Virus record (IMG/VR): IMGVR_UViG_3300031760_000049
Location: 4,010 to 68,009 of that record
Source: a virus
Taxonomy: Duplodnaviria > Caudoviricetes
Length of the DNA stretch: 64,000 bases
Direction: 5' to 3' (one strand)
Below, piece by piece: positions 26,627 to 40,600 of this stretch. Numbering within the stretch: position 1 is the first letter of the stretch; each line of letters starts with the position of its first letter. The translations under genes and the position numbers were made by a program. The notes under the pieces are model-generated. The model was not told the DNA's origin and ran no database searches. It worked only from the letters and a program-made list of their open reading frames with translations.

Positions 26627-29600
26627 TTAATCCTTTTTATATTGTTTAGTTGATAATGCGGTATAGTATTGAATTAATGCTTTTGTTGGTATCAATACAT
26701 CTCCACCAACCTTTTCTCGAGCCTCTACTCCTGAATCTACAAAACTAAAAGGCTCCCATTGCTTATTGTAAAAGCAATAATAATCAGAGATTAATGAAAA
26801 TTTAACTGATATACTATCATATTTTATCCATAATATTTCATATACCCCATTAGGAATAGCATATTCTAACTTATTCAAAATCGTTTTTCCAATAATTTTA
26901 TCATCCTCAGAATATGAAATACCTTGTGATAATAATAATTCTGTTCCACTAGCATCAATAGTACCATCTGTTTGATATACTGGGGCGGCAATAATATATT
27001 TTTTTAATCGAGGAGATATAATAATACATTGACCACTCCCATTCGGTGCTTTAGTCATATCATACATTTTATTTAAATTAATATGATTTTCACGAGTTTG
27101 ATTTTTATATATGTCTGAGGATGGCGCTTGTACACGATAATCAAATAATTCTTGTATTTCAAAAAATTCAAATTCACGCTTTTCATAATCATTACTAGCT
27201 CCATAAAATGGTAATGTTTGTAAGAACTCTTCAAAACTCATAAAATTATCCGTTGTACCAGATTGTAAAAATTTTTGCATAATTCGTTGATACATGTCGT
27301 ATCTATTCTTTAATGGGTTAGGTGCCCAATGTAAATGTCGACCACAAAAACAAACATCTTGAAAACCAATATCAGATCCCGCACTATTTTTTTCAGCTAA
27401 TTCTAAAATACCTGTTTCACCAATAACGTGTCTAAATGCCGTTGAATCATTTAATTGACTAACATTTGCTTTATATCTATCTGCAATTAAACATACTGTA
27501 CCTGGAGGCGCTTCAATTAATAGTGGACCAAAAGCACCAACATCTCTATACTTTTCTAACTGGCTACCATATTCACGAGTTTCACCATCTCCTCGCAACT
27601 TGAATTGATAATGTTTATATGAATATGTATCTGTCAAATACTGCGCTAATGATTCATATAAATGAGTTGTCTTTGTTGTTGTAGTTTCAGAAAAAGCATC
27701 TGGTGCGGCTTGCCAATCTACAAAAGCTTCACCTGTAACATAATCATATGATTCTCCAACTACAATCGTTTCGTGATATTCCTTATCAATAGCACATTGA
27801 TAATCCATATAAATTATATCCCCATCATGACAACATTCTACACTAGTAATATCAAAATCTTCATATATATCTAATTTTTCTAATTCAGCTTCAGCTTTTT
27901 GCACTGCTATCATTTCAATAGCTTCACTAGATAAATTACCATGCAATGCTTGCGCCAATCGTAGTTCTAATTCATATAAACTTAAAAATTCTCCTTTTGC
28001 TACTATTATATTCGAGGTTGAAGTATTAGAAGAAGAACGTTCTTCTTCAATATCTTTTTGCACTGTAATAAATGTATTATAAATATCTGTTTCAAAACTA
28101 TCAGTAGTTGCGTCAGTCGACCCCGCATCAACCATCTCAAAACGACCCATTGGGTCAACATAAATATATCTACCATTATCATCATGTAATTTTAACTTAA
28201 ATACATACCCATATAATAATTCATCTACATTATAACCTGCCTTGTTAGCATTAATAAAATTATCCCAAGTTTGTAAGGTTTTTGAACCATCACTTTGTTC
28301 ATCAAGACGAATATAATAAGGCGGTGATTGAAAATCTAATCGTATCCACTTTAAATGGTCAATAATATACTCATAATGAGCATCCTCTGCTGCGATTGAA
28401 TGATTTTGTACCATAATTGCTTCTCTAACTAAATCTTCGCCATCAACGTATTTTCTGTGTAATTGTCCTAAAGCTACACCAGTAGTTGAAAAGGTATCAG
28501 TTAAAAACCCTAAAGTCTGAATACCATACTTACGACAATTCTCTAAATTATATTCTGCAACTTCTTGTACAGTACAAGAAAAGTTATATACCAATCCTTG
28601 CAAACCTTCTTTTGGTTCTAAAGAAATATCTGTTAATTTTACAAGCATATTACCTTCTGCCGCAGATTTAAATAATTTAACATTATCTGCATATAGAAAG
28701 TCCATAACAGCTTCTCTAAATTCACGTTCAAGAGTATAATCATATAATTCACTAATACGATGTTGTTGATTATATTCCTTATAGCTTAATGCAATATTAT
28801 TTTTTATCATTTGCAATGAACTATCTTTCAAATCATAATTATATTCACCAAATATACTATTATTAGTAATCTCTTCATCTTGCGAAATATTTGGTGAAAT
28901 ACTATCAACAGTAATAGTTTCAACATCTGAATCCATTGTTGTAGTGTTTACATCACCAGGTATTTTCTCGATATGACGAACTTGTAAATCTGTTTGTCTT
29001 AATAAATCATTTTGACTTATTAATAAATGCATATCATCTGATTGATAGGTTATTAATCCTGATAATGAAAATGTTTTATAATCAACATTTGAATTTCTAC
29101 GAACATAAGGGTATTTAGAACCTAATGTTTCTGTTACAGATTCATTAACATTACGTTTTAAACCTGTAATCGAACGGTCATATTTAATTTTTAACTGGCG
29201 ACCGCCAGTGGTTAAAAATACATGGTCAAAATATGGCGTTAAATTATAAATACCTAATGAGTTAGAACCTAATTCTTGAAGCTCACCGCGCTGTCCGCTC
29301 TTAGTAATACGTTGAACTCCATATTTATAAAACACTCCACTTTTAACTGTTAAATCATTATATTCAAAATTTAATTTACCTACATCCGCAATAATAGGTA
29401 TATACTTTAAATCTACCCATTCTGTAAAATTACTTTCACTAGATGTCCTACGAATACATAAATTACCAATAAAAGTTCCTTGTAATTGTAAATGAATATA
29501 GCCTTCTTCATCATTAGGTTTAGCAGAGAAACTATAATCTGTTAATTTCTCTTCCAATTCAATAGGCAAAATTTTAAATTTTTGTAAATACATTGTAGAA

Positions 29601-30505
29601 GGTTTGTAACCAAATGAAGTTTCCATATCAATGGTTAATTGATAAGTTTGTTCACGCACAAAATTATAAGGTATATTATATAATACTTGTTGTTTAGATG
29701 CATCCTCTTCAGTTGGATATTGCCAATCACTATCAAACACTAAAACAGAAGCATTATCTAAAACATTATATACCTTTAAACGATATGACTGTAATGTTTC
29801 ATACTGCTTATTATCTGGAACTATCTGTTTAGTAATAGGGTCTGTCCACTCTAACTCACCAACAATATCAACCACTGACTGTTTATATTTAATGCTATTT
29901 TTAGTTGCCCCTGTATTCTCCATTTCTCCTAATAATTTTAACTGCGGAATATTAATACCACGAATTAAACATACCGTAGACCATTCAGAGAAAAATGTTT
30001 TATTTTCAGCTAAATACTGACTTGTAACTTCATATTCATTATAATGAGAAGATACTGTTATCATTCCCTTATCAGTTTGTTGTTGAATATCAACAATTTG
30101 TTTTTTCCCTTCTTCCCATTTTTTTGTTGGGCATCCTTTCATAACAAATCGTAATTGCACTTTAAAGTAATCATCAATAGGAAAACCACCTGGGTTTGAA
30201 GCATCATTATTATTACATACACATCCTGCAATATCACCTGGATACACATATACACAATAGTCTCCTTTAGTTTTGTCATCTGATGCCATTAAATCCACTT
30301 CCATAACTTTCGCAGGATAAAAATCAGTATTGAGAGCTAATTGATTTGTCTTTTGACGATATATAATAACTTGTACTCTATCTATTTCTTCTTCAGAGTT
30401 ATAATCGTTAATATTAAAATAGACAGGACAAGCTTCATTGCGAATAAAACTATCCATCGCTGTATCTACAAGAGGTGGATAAATTAAATTATTCATTAAA
30501 GCCAT
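26627..30505 (-). CDS. Large minor tail/baseplate protein (beta-sandwich rich)
   Basis: RBS AAGGAGG precedes ATG 30505 (MALMNN); FN3-like EYNDLTVKSGVFYKYGV and distal-tail-like TLGSKYPYVRRN...YKTFSLSGLI segments. Confidence 0.6.
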   Translation of the reverse strand: MALMNNLIYPPLVDTAMDSFIRNEACPVYFNINDYNSEEEIDRVQVIIYRQKTNQLALNTDFYPAKVMEVDLMASDDKTKGDYCVYVYPGDIAGCVCNNNDASNPGGFPIDDYFKVQLRFVMKGCPTKKWEEGKKQIVDIQQQTDKGMITVSSHYNEYEVTSQYLAENKTFFSEWSTVCLIRGINIPQLKLLGEMENTGATKNSIKYKQSVVDIVGELEWTDPITKQIVPDNKQYETLQSYRLKVYNVLDNASVLVFDSDWQYPTEEDASKQQVLYNIPYNFVREQTYQLTIDMETSFGYKPSTMYLQKFKILPIELEEKLTDYSFSAKPNDEEGYIHLQLQGTFIGNLCIRRTSSESNFTEWVDLKYIPIIADVGKLNFEYNDLTVKSGVFYKYGVQRITKSGQRGELQELGSNSLGIYNLTPYFDHVFLTTGGRQLKIKYDRSITGLKRNVNESVTETLGSKYPYVRRNSNVDYKTFSLSGLITYQSDDMHLLISQNDLLRQTDLQVRHIEKIPGDVNTTTMDSDVETITVDSISPNISQDEEITNNSIFGEYNYDLKDSSLQMIKNNIALSYKEYNQQHRISELYDYTLEREFREAVMDFLYADNVKLFKSAAEGNMLVKLTDISLEPKEGLQGLVYNFSCTVQEVAEYNLENCRKYGIQTLGFLTDTFSTTGVALGQLHRKYVDGEDLVREAIMVQNHSIAAEDAHYEYIIDHLKWIRLDFQSPPYYIRLDEQSDGSKTLQTWDNFINANKAGYNVDELLYGYVFKLKLHDDNGRYIYVDPMGRFEMVDAGSTDATTDSFETDIYNTFITVQKDIEEERSSSNTSTSNIIVAKGEFLSLYELELRLAQALHGNLSSEAIEMIAVQKAEAELEKLDIYEDFDITSVECCHDGDIIYMDYQCAIDKEYHETIVVGESYDYVTGEAFVDWQAAPDAFSETTTTKTTHLYESLAQYLTDTYSYKHYQFKLRGDGETREYGSQLEKYRDVGAFGPLLIEAPPGTVCLIADRYKANVSQLNDSTAFRHVIGETGILELAEKNSAGSDIGFQDVCFCGRHLHWAPNPLKNRYDMYQRIMQKFLQSGTTDNFMSFEEFLQTLPFYGASNDYEKREFEFFEIQELFDYRVQAPSSDIYKNQTRENHINLNKMYDMTKAPNGSGQCIIISPRLKKYIIAAPVYQTDGTIDASGTELLLSQGISYSEDDKIIGKTILNKLEYAIPNGVYEILWIKYDSISVKFSLISDYYCFYNKQWEPFSFVDSGVEAREKVGGDVLIPTKALIQYYTALSTKQYKKD

Positions 30506-30584
30506 AATCATTCCTCCTTGTTTCTCTATACTTATTTTATATAAAAATATGCAAAGTATGTTAAACAACTTTGGTCCAAAAAAA

Positions 30585-30615
30585 TTAAGGGCAGTTATTT
30601 AATAACTGCCCTTAA
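30585..30615 (-). terminator. Intrinsic terminator
   Basis: Perfect 15-bp stem TTAAGGGCAGTTATT/AATAACTGCCCTTAA with a T run on the minus strand. Confidence 0.85.
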
Positions 30616-30618
30616 AAC

Positions 30619-30858
30619 CTAATCTTCATTTAACTCTTCTTCAATAATGTCAATTTGTTCTGCTGTTGCTTTTGCGGATACCGCATCTATTTTACCTTCT
30701 GACATAATATAAGTAACAATAGAACCTAGAACAGTAACTGCTCCGGCGATAGTGTTAATACTTTCTGCATTAGCACCTTGTAATACTGCAACTCCAGTTA
30801 CTACACCCGCAAGGCACATTAAAAATTTGCGACTTGTTAATTTAGATAAAAAACTCAT
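30619..30858 (-). CDS. Putative holin
   Basis: 79 aa, two hydrophobic helices (KLTSRKFLMCLAGVV... and ...AVTVLGSIVTYIM) and an acidic C-terminus. Confidence 0.6.
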   Translation of the reverse strand: MSFLSKLTSRKFLMCLAGVVTGVAVLQGANAESINTIAGAVTVLGSIVTYIMSEGKIDAVSAKATAEQIDIIEEELNED

Positions 30859-31217
30859 TCTTCTACCTCCTCAAAATCTTCTTCTCCTTCTTCTGACTCA
30901 TCTTCAGAATTAAGATTATTTATTTGTAATTTTAACTTATTTGCCTCTTCCGCCTGTTTTGCCATGAAAGCCTTAGCCATCGAACCAATAAATGTTACAC
31001 TATAACCAGTAATAGCAACTTTCACAACACCGGCGTAAGTGGTAAATAACATTTTACTCATACTAAAACTTAATTTTTTAGTAAAATGGAAAAATAAAAT
31101 TTCTTCCGCCAAAAATAAAAAAAACAATAGTACAATAAAGATAACAATAGTAAAACGAGCTATCCATTTTTTGGTAAACTCATTTTCTCCTTGAAAAAAT
31201 TTTTTAATTTTATTCAT
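30855..31217 (-). CDS. Membrane protein, possibly a second lysis component
   Basis: Two hydrophobic helices and an acidic tail; overlaps the holin-like gene. Confidence 0.5.
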   Translation of the reverse strand: MNKIKKFFQGENEFTKKWIARFTIVIFIVLLFFLFLAEEILFFHFTKKLSFSMSKMLFTTYAGVVKVAITGYSVTFIGSMAKAFMAKQAEEANKLKLQINNLNSEDESEEGEEDFEEVEE

Positions 31218-31218
31218 A

Positions 31219-31569
31219 TTACATTTTTCCTTTCGGTTGTTTGCATAATATCATTTTATGATTACGCATATCATTGTTAGGAACTAAAACTAATACCCTA
31301 TCTCCTTTTTTATATTCCTTTGCTGCATCAATAGGATAAACTAAAAATGTTGCATCTTGATAGCGGGCTTTGTAACATACATCTGTAATCTCCATAGTCT
31401 TTTTACGACCCTCTCTACCAACAGCAACTGATGAAACTTGATGTTGTAAATTCCCTGTAATTAACTCTGCTAAAATTGTTGTATTATAATGCGCTTTCTG
31501 AACTTTCTTATCTACGATAATATTTATTGCATCACAAATCAAATTTTCTAATTGACCTGTTGAAAACAT
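31219..31569 (-). CDS. Small OB-fold-like tail/baseplate protein (tentative)
   Basis: Follows the tape measure gene; YKKGDRVLVLVPNND resembles spike/OB N-terminal domains. Confidence 0.45.
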   Translation of the reverse strand: MFSTGQLENLICDAINIIVDKKVQKAHYNTTILAELITGNLQHQVSSVAVGREGRKKTMEITDVCYKARYQDATFLVYPIDAAKEYKKGDRVLVLVPNNDMRNHKMILCKQPKGKM

Positions 31570-31590
31570 CCTTATACCTCCTTAAAATAG

Positions 31591-31616
31591 GCGGGCGGGC
31601 ATTAAAGCCCACTCGC
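31591..31616 (-). terminator. Probable intrinsic terminator after tape measure gene
   Basis: GC-rich stem GCGAGTGGGC/GCCCGCCCGC followed by TATTTT on the minus strand. Confidence 0.6.
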
Positions 31617-31617
31617 T

Positions 31618-34600
31618 TTATAATGTAGTCTGTGCTGTAGTCATATCAGTTGCTTTTGCAGCTTTCTGTAAAGCAATATTAGCCAAGTTTTTAAATGCTT
31701 TTTCAATCTGGTTTGAATCACTAACATTAGGGAAATTCGCATTAATATGTACTGTTTGCGTTGTATTTGTATTGTTTGTATTTGTATGTCCATCCGGTCT
31801 AGCTGGGGAATATTTTTCAAGCATACCAAATGTCTGATGAAATGCATCTAATTGCATATTCTTTAACATACCTGTCAAATCACGAACCATACCAACTGTT
31901 GTTAACATATTTTCAGTATCTTTAGCATTTAAGATAAGTTCTTTCTGATGTAGCCATGCTAATTTACCATTATCTTTTTCTCCTGTCTTATCATTCCATT
32001 CACCAGTATAACCACCTGACTTAAAACCTGATAGTCGTTTTAGACCTACCCAACCTTCTTTACCATTTTTAGATACTTTATATGGATGAGATTTACTCTT
32101 ATCTATACTAACAATTTTCCATCCTTTAGTTGAGGCTGATGAAACCTTTTCTTTCTTTTTATTACCATTTTTATCATATAAAGCACCTATTGAGACATTT
32201 ACAGAATCTCCTTTGAGAGGTTCAGATTTTTTCTGTTCACTATTCTCAGAATTATTTGTCGTAGCATTTGAAGTATCTGTATTTCCTGTACCATTAATCT
32301 TTTCAATTTTTGCAGTAAGTTTATCAATAGATTCATACGCTAGTTTAATCTGCTCCAACAAAGACTGAATTTGGACTTTTATTTGACTACGCAAAGTATT
32401 TGATTCTGTTTCCGCCTCTTGCATTTTTTCCATAGTGTCTGTTACTATTGGTATATTTTGTTCATATGTTTCACGTAGTTCTTTGAGTTGGTCATCTAAA
32501 GTCATAATTTGTTCTATCGTACTTTGAATTGTTTTATTATATGAACTACCTTCACCAAAATTACTATCAAACCAAGTTCCCCAATCATTTACATCAGAGA
32601 ATTCTTGAATAGTATTCAGAATATCTGGGTCAATACCTGCCGCCCTTAAAGCAGACTCACGAGATGCATCATCCATATTCTCCCAATCTAATCCAGAAGA
32701 TTGTTTTAGATTATTAAATCTAATCATTACCTCAGAAGCATTTGATGACATTGCATCTTGATATTTAGTTCTAATTTTATCACGTTCTGCATTAAATGCC
32801 TCTAAGTCCACTTCACCATTTTTATCAGTTGCAGCTTGATATGCTCTCTTCAATTCGTCTTGCATTGCTTGCATGTCAGAATAAAAAGTAGATGTCGCTG
32901 ATGCAAGATTAGATTTATCCATCTCATAAACATCATTTTTGCTCTTGTCATAGTCAGACTGTGCTTGCGCAATTTTCTTTTCATCTGCTACATATTGATA
33001 TGAGTAGTTACCAGACTGGTCACGTCTTAACTTCAATGATGTTTTATTATTACGTGCATCTTCTAACGCTTGACGCTTAATCTCTAAATCTAATAACTTC
33101 TGCGCTCTGTCTACATCATATTGAGTTAATTTATCTTTTTCTTGTAAAATTTTTAATTGCTCTTTATATACTGAAGTTAATCTTAATTGATTTGATACTA
33201 CATCAGTATCAGCAATCGCTTTTTCAGCATAAGCACTAAATTGACTAATCTGATATGGATTTTCAGTTTGGTCTAAGTATCTCTTGGATGTAGTTTGTAA
33301 CCAATTATACGCTGTTTGCGAAGCCTTTAAAGTTTGTCCTGCAATATCTGCAAAGCTATCTTCAACTATATCACAAATCGTATTCTTCATCATTGTAACT
33401 GAATTACTAATCTGAGTTGTGATATTCGCAACCATTTGGTCAAGAGATTGGGTATATTTCTTTTCATTTGCTTTAAATTCCTCAGATACCCTTTTATAGT
33501 CTGCCGTAATCTGTCTTTTCTGTTCTGTAGTTAAAGAATTATTTGTTAAACTATCATAATATACTTTTTGCATTTTTTCAAAATTTGTTTTTGAATTTTT
33601 CCAATTCCGCTCATAAGTCGGCATCATTGTTGCTAATGTCTCATTTTCATTAACCGCATTTACAGTTTGCTGAGCTAAAAAGTTATTCGCTAATCCTGAA
33701 TAAGAGCCATCAGAAAATTCTTTCCAAATACTACTTTGTGTATTTATCATCTTGTTAGAACGTTCTAACATTGAGTGCCATTCTTCAAAAATAGAATAAG
33801 ATTTACCAACAACCTCAGGAATCAAATTAATTAAATTAGAGATTTGAGAAGTCATTGTGCTTATTGAATTTTGCAATGACTCGCGAGTGGTCTCTGCCAT
33901 TTCAACAGTATCACTTAAAGTATTAAACTCTCCTTTAAGAATTTCCTGGTCAATTCTAGTAGATACTGATGCAGCTTCACCTATAATAGTTGTAAAGTCA
34001 AGCGTAGCATTTTTTGATTCATCTAAAGCAGTTAAAACTTTACCAAATACATCCCCTTCAACTTGTAATGCTTTATTTAACTCAATTCCAAGCTGATTAA
34101 TTGCTTTTTTAGCTTCATCATCTTTAATTTTAATTTCCCACTCATATTGGAATTTTGCAAAAGCACTTTCTTCTGCGGCTTGTCTTTCATCATCTGCGCT
34201 AGATAAATTACTATAATAATCTTTTAAATCTGAACTTTGTTCACTAAGTTCTGACTTTACATAATCATATAGCTCTTTAACTGCCGCTTTATACTCTTTC
34301 CACTTAGCCACATCACGTTTAGTTGGTTTTGTTGCTAATGCTTTATCAATTTCGCCTTCCTCGTTTTGAAGAGCCTTTAAAATCGCATCACCATTAGTAA
34401 TCTCACCATCATTACCTATTTGAATACTATCTGCAATAGCCTTTAATTTATTCTGACGTCCTTTTGGAAAATTATTACCTTTTAAATCATTTGTTGTTGT
34501 TATTGCTTCTTTAATATTTGTTGTATCATCATCAACTTCTTTTTTCTTTTGTACTGCATTACTACCATATGTCTGCGCTTTATTGATATGATTTTGTTGT

Positions 34601-37600
34601 TCTTCATCATAAGCAGCTAATTTATCTATACCCGCAGAATTATCTAACTTTCTTTGTGTTTTTGATAAATCATAATCTAATTTAGTTAATTGCTGTTCTA
34701 ATTTATCTATATTTAATTCATCTAAATCTTTTTGTGCTTGTTTTGTATCAATAAACACTTGAAATCTAGCAGAGTTTGCATCAATACGATTTTGTATCCA
34801 ATCTTCAAACTCTTGTTTCATCTTTGAGTCAATTTCACTATATTTATCACGAGATTCTTGGTTTTTACTAATAGCTGGGTCTAACTTATCAGTAATAAAC
34901 TTTTGAGCATTTTCTCTTGCTTTACCTTTCTTTTTATTAGCCTTTTTAACCATTAACGCTCTAGTTTTTTGATTATCAACAATCTTCTTGCCTAAATCGT
35001 CTTTCATGATTTTACCATTTTCATCTCTTTGGTAAATTGGCTTATATGTTAATTTTGCCTTTCTTGCAGCTGCCTTAAGGCTAGTTACCTCTCCTGTGAC
35101 AGGGTCTTTTACTCTTTTACCTGTCATGGCTTTAGCACTTCTATTTGACTCTTTCTTAGCAACATTCCATTCTTTTTTTAATATTTTTTGACGTTGTTCT
35201 AATAATTTATTTTGCTCATCTAAACTCTTTGCATATTCTTCTCCATCAAGATTTTGGCTTATTGTAGCAATATCATCTAATTTCTTTTGAATTTGGGTAA
35301 GTCGTTCTTCCCACTTCTCATATGGGTCGTAGTCATTATCCATTTTTTCAACTTTATTACTACCGCTTTTACCACTACCACCGCTACCTTTACTTCCGCC
35401 ACCGCCAGAACTGGTATTACTACTTGCAGAAGGTAAAGAAACATCTCCTCCTTTGTATCCTCCTCCACTTCCAGTCTTTAAGCCAGCAAAGACTGTTGCT
35501 TCTGTGTACCTCTTAATAACAGGCACAGTTTTCATATGGTTGGCCATTTCTGATGCGCCTGCAGTATTACCATTTGTTGATTCAGAAGACCATTCAACAA
35601 TCGGCTCACGAATAGTCTTATAAATTGGCTCAGCTTCAAATCCAATAGCAGATAATGCTTGCTGAGCGGCCGCCGCTGTAATAGCACCACTTTCAACCAT
35701 ATTTTCCAAAGTGGCTACATACTCACTATCATCAATACTAGCACCAACTTCTAAATTTGGTAAGTCTAATGCTTCAATTTGGCTTGTTAAATCATCTTCC
35801 AAATTTTTTACATCACCCTGAATTTTACTTTCATCGATGTTCATTGTAATTTGATTATTTGCCAATTCAGTTTTTAGCTCTTGATAGACTGCTTTAGCCT
35901 TTTTTCCACCTTTACTTAATTTTTCTAACAAATCAAGATTATCAGTGATGAAAGAATCACTAATATTACTCGTATCAACATTAAAAATATCTGATACACT
36001 AGATTTCATATTTGCTAAACTATTTTGATATTCTGTACTAGTTTTATCTAATCGTTTTAAATTTTTAATATTATCTTCAATATTCGCACTTAAAGATTTA
36101 AAACCTGCATTTTGTCTATTTATTGCAGCGGCTAAACGCTTTGCCATCTGTTCAGTTTGTTTACTCTTTTTTTGTAAATCTTGTTCTTTCACGATAGCTG
36201 TTTCAAGACTCTGAATTTGACTATCATATGCCTCACGAGTCATTTCACCAGCTTCAATAGCTGCCTCAGCACGCTTATCAATCTGTGCTTCATATGCTTT
36301 TTCATTAATAATGCCATCAGCATATGCTCTATCTAAATCATCTAAATCTTTTAACTCATCTGCATACATATTTTGAACTGATTGTTCTGAATGAATTAAA
36401 ACATCTTTCTCAGTCATCTTATATGCTTCTTGAACGGCTTTTTTCATTTTATCATAGCCAGCTACTGCTTTATAAGTACCATCACCGACATCTTCAAAAA
36501 ATTGTTTAACACTTTCATCTAAAGCACCATAATCTTCAGTTGAAATAATATCTCCAACTTTTACTCCTTCAATACCTTTTAAAGCTGTAGAATATCCAGA
36601 TATTTGTGTGGCACCATCTCTAAATTTATTATTAATTTGTGCAATATACTCAATATAAGCCTGGTACTCAGGAGAAGATTCATCTAATATAATTCCAAGC
36701 TCTTCTAATTTTGTTTCAAATTCTCCTACAACATCAACTGCAGTAAAATCAATACCTTTCATTGCAGTAGCTAATGCACCTGTATCTACACCTTTTTTAG
36801 ATGCCTGTTGTAATAATTTTTTTCCCTCTATCGAATTTGTAGCTACAGCCTTATTTTCACCAATGGTATTATCATCTGTGTTAATGCCCTCAGGAGTATC
36901 AATATTTTCTATACTTTTAAGATTACCAATATCAATCGAATCAATATGTAAATCTTCTAAATATGGACTTAATACCTTTTGTAAATAATCAATATGGTTT
37001 TGTAAAAATGGCACATCACTTGCAGATAAAGAATTAAGATCTTCCTCCGTTAATTTTCCATTATTTTTAACTAATGAGTTAACAAGTTGATTCGCGCTTT
37101 CTTGTGAAATTTCGGCAGTTGCTACTTTTTGTTGCACTTCGTCAATTTTATTTTGATTATCTTGAATATCTATAGATTTAGTTTTTGCTTGTACTGCAAA
37201 AAACTCACCTGCAGCTTGTAATGTTTCTTTAGGTGTCTGTGCAACGTCCGTCCAATCTTCATCTTGACTACCTTTTATTTGATACTTTTTAGAATCTTCA
37301 TCATACTGAACTTCTAAATTTTTATTATTATATAATTCTTGAAAATATTTTGTAACAGCATCAAGATTATCTTGATTATCAGCACCATTATCTTCATATA
37401 TATTATGTTCTTCTTGTGCTTTTTTGACATCATCTTCGGTAATTTCTAATTGTTTTTCTGTTAAAGCAGTTAAAGCATCTTTATCTTCAGAATTTTCATA
37501 AGTTGCATTTCCAGATAATAATTGAGTTGATGCACTGTTCATGATACCTTTATATTCAGCACCTGATGCAGAAATAGTACCAGCTAATTCTTGCATCGCC

Positions 37601-40600
37601 GCAATAGATTCAGCATTAGCTTCTAAATATTGAGGTAACCATTTATCAATTTGGTAATCTGTTTGACCAGTCGTAGCTTTAAAGGAATCTCGTAATGCAG
37701 TTTTTATATCGGTGCCTTTTGATACTTTTTCTACTATTGCAGTAACATCATCACTAGAAAGCATAGGAGCACCATAATTCATATAACTTTCATTAATTTC
37801 AGGACCGTCCTCACCCCAAGTATACATTTCACTATTTAAACTAGTAGCAATATCAATACTTTTGTCTATGACTTTAGCTTTATTATTTGCTTTATTTGCA
37901 TAAGCATCCGCTTGTAACTCTGTTTGTTGCGCAACTTTAATTGCATCTGCTTGCTCTTTTTGAATTTTTGCTAAAGCGTCACTGTCAACACTCATAACGC
38001 CATCTTCATCAGTTGTTAAAGTAGTAGCCAATTCTGGATATAATTTAATTAATTCTAAGACTTTACCATTTAATGTATTGACAGCTTCTTGCCACTCTAC
38101 AGTTCCTTTAGTTAATCCTGATAAAGTATCTTTTACATCATTCAATTCTGAAATTGTACTTTTTAACTCATCATACTTACCTTTTAATTCATTAACTGCG
38201 TCTGCTAACTGCTCTGTTGCACCTTTTGCCTGTTCAGCTTCTTCTTTAGCCTTTGCTAAAGGACTATTTTTCTCCAAGTAATCATGTAACTTAGCAAAAG
38301 CAACGAATAGCCCTACTACTGCAGCAGCTGCTAGAATAAGCCAACCAATAGGAGTAGTTGTTAAGAAAGTCCACATTGCTGTAGTAGCCGACCAAATACT
38401 TGCTGTTAAGGCTCCAAAAGAACCTGTTAAAATACCATGTGCGCCTGCTTCTGCTAATGCAGCCGCCCCGCCTTCAGCTTTTAAGATATTATTTGCTATT
38501 TGTGCAGCTGAATCTTCTTCTGTGATTTCTACGCCTAATTTATCTGCAATATTTTTTAATGTTTGTATTCCTAATTGCTTAGCAATAATCTTACTTTCTG
38601 CACCTGTTAATAATATTCCAGTAGCACGCTGACTATTTGTAATAGATTGAATTGCATTTATAGCTTCCTGAGATGCCTTATAATTATTCATTGCCCCAGT
38701 TAAACCTTGCCAAGACGAAATAACCATTGGTAAAGTCATAGATAAAGTAGTAATAGTTTGAGCTAACTTCTCACCTGTACTAATATCATCGTCAGTCCAA
38801 ATTTGACCTAAAGAAGACAATCCCATCCATGCAGAGGATAATAATGATACACCATTAGTTAGCATTGTTACTTTTTGTTGAACCGTATCAATGTCTTTGG
38901 CCTGTTTAATTATGCCATCTAACTGTTCTGTGTCATGAGCAATGTCTCCATTTTTGTCATTAGCTTCTTGACGTGCCTGTTGATATTTTTTTGCGTTTTC
39001 TAAATCCTGTTTTGCATTTTGATGTTCTTTACTATTCTTAACGATATTTTGTCCCTGTTGTTGAGCTTGTTTAATTTTTTCATATAGGTCAAGAATATCG
39101 TTTAAATCACCTTGCTTCGCTTTTAATTGGTCTAACTGTTTTTGTTCAGTTTCTGACAATGAACCCTCTTTGGTTTTCATGTCAGCAATAATTTGAGATA
39201 TTCTTTTTTCTTCTTGTGTTACATCTTGAATAGAGTGTAAATCAAGTTCCCATTCATGATTTGCTTGCTTTAACTGTTCCTGAATATCTCTTACCCCACC
39301 GTGAGCGGCTCGTAAGGAATTCGTCAATTGGTCAGCGTCTGTTTCAGATAAAGTATTATTGATTTGGTCTAACTTTTCTTCAAACGTAGTAGCATTCGCA
39401 ATTTCTGCATCAAATATATTATCAGTTGCCGATACATTCAATGACTCTACAGTCTGTACCGCCGCATCTGCCGCATTCACTTTATCTTGGCGTTCACCAA
39501 TAATTTTTTCACCCCAATTATTCTTTGCATTAAATTTTTCTTCCGTTAAGTCAGTATCCCCTTGAGATTTGGCAATCTCTGCAATTAAACGAGCCTCTTC
39601 TTCTAATTCTGCTTTTTCTTTTTCTAATAAAGCTAAATTACGAATTCGCTTTTCTACTTCCTGTTTTTGTTCCTCTGTCATTGATTGCTGTAAACGGGCG
39701 GTTTCTTGCATATATTTTGCTTCAATTTCAAATTGTTTTGAAGCACCCGCTGCAGTTTTTAACTCAGCCTGTGAACGTTGCATCTGCGCGTCAGACATTC
39801 CTTTTTCCAAATTTTGACGAAAATCTTCTTGTGCTTTTTTAGTATCAGCCGCACCTTGTTTAGCCATATCTGCTTTCATATTTGCGTTGGCTATATTATT
39901 TTTCTCTACTGCACGATTGTTCATTACAGTAGCAATTTCTTTGTTAATTTGCTTAGTAAAAACTTTACTCGCCATAGCGCCAAATGCCGCTAATGCCTTA
40001 GTTCCACCGCCAAAAGCTTTAACTAATCTATCAAAAGAACTTGCTAAAGTACCAACAGCCTCAATCATTGGAGTAATTTCATCTACATCAAAAAAATCAT
40101 TATATAATTGTTCTTTTGCAGCTTCTAATCTTTTCTTGGCTGATGTAAATCTATCTTCAAAAATTTCTTGTTGTTCATCTAGCGTGCCTTCAGCACCTTG
40201 AGATACTTGTAAAGTAGACTGATATTTATCCCAGTTATCAAATAATGCAATTAATTGAGTATATTGACGTTTACCTGCTAATGAAACAGCAGCTGCCTCT
40301 TGTTGATTTCTTGTCCAACCTTGCCACTTTTCACCAACTTCCTCAATAACATCGCCCAACTCGCGCATAGTACCAGTTTCATCTAAAATATTAATACCCA
40401 TTTTAGACATATCAGCTGTAACAGTACCAAGTTTAGTTGTAAAACCGTCTTCATCAGTAGCTGCACCATCAGTCTTTAAATCACCCATACGAGCATAAAT
40501 AGTTTTTAATGCAGTACCAACAGATTCTGGTGCTTCACGAGTAACCGAAACAATAGTTGACATTTGAGCATTTAATTGGTCAAAAGAAACACCAGCAGTG

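Noticed and set aside
33857-40201. Plus-strand ORFs inside the tape measure gene, and similar short antisense or off-frame ORFs inside RecJ, helicase, fibre, scaffold and other genes
   Set aside because: Shadow ORFs of long coding sequences, with no RBS or motifs.
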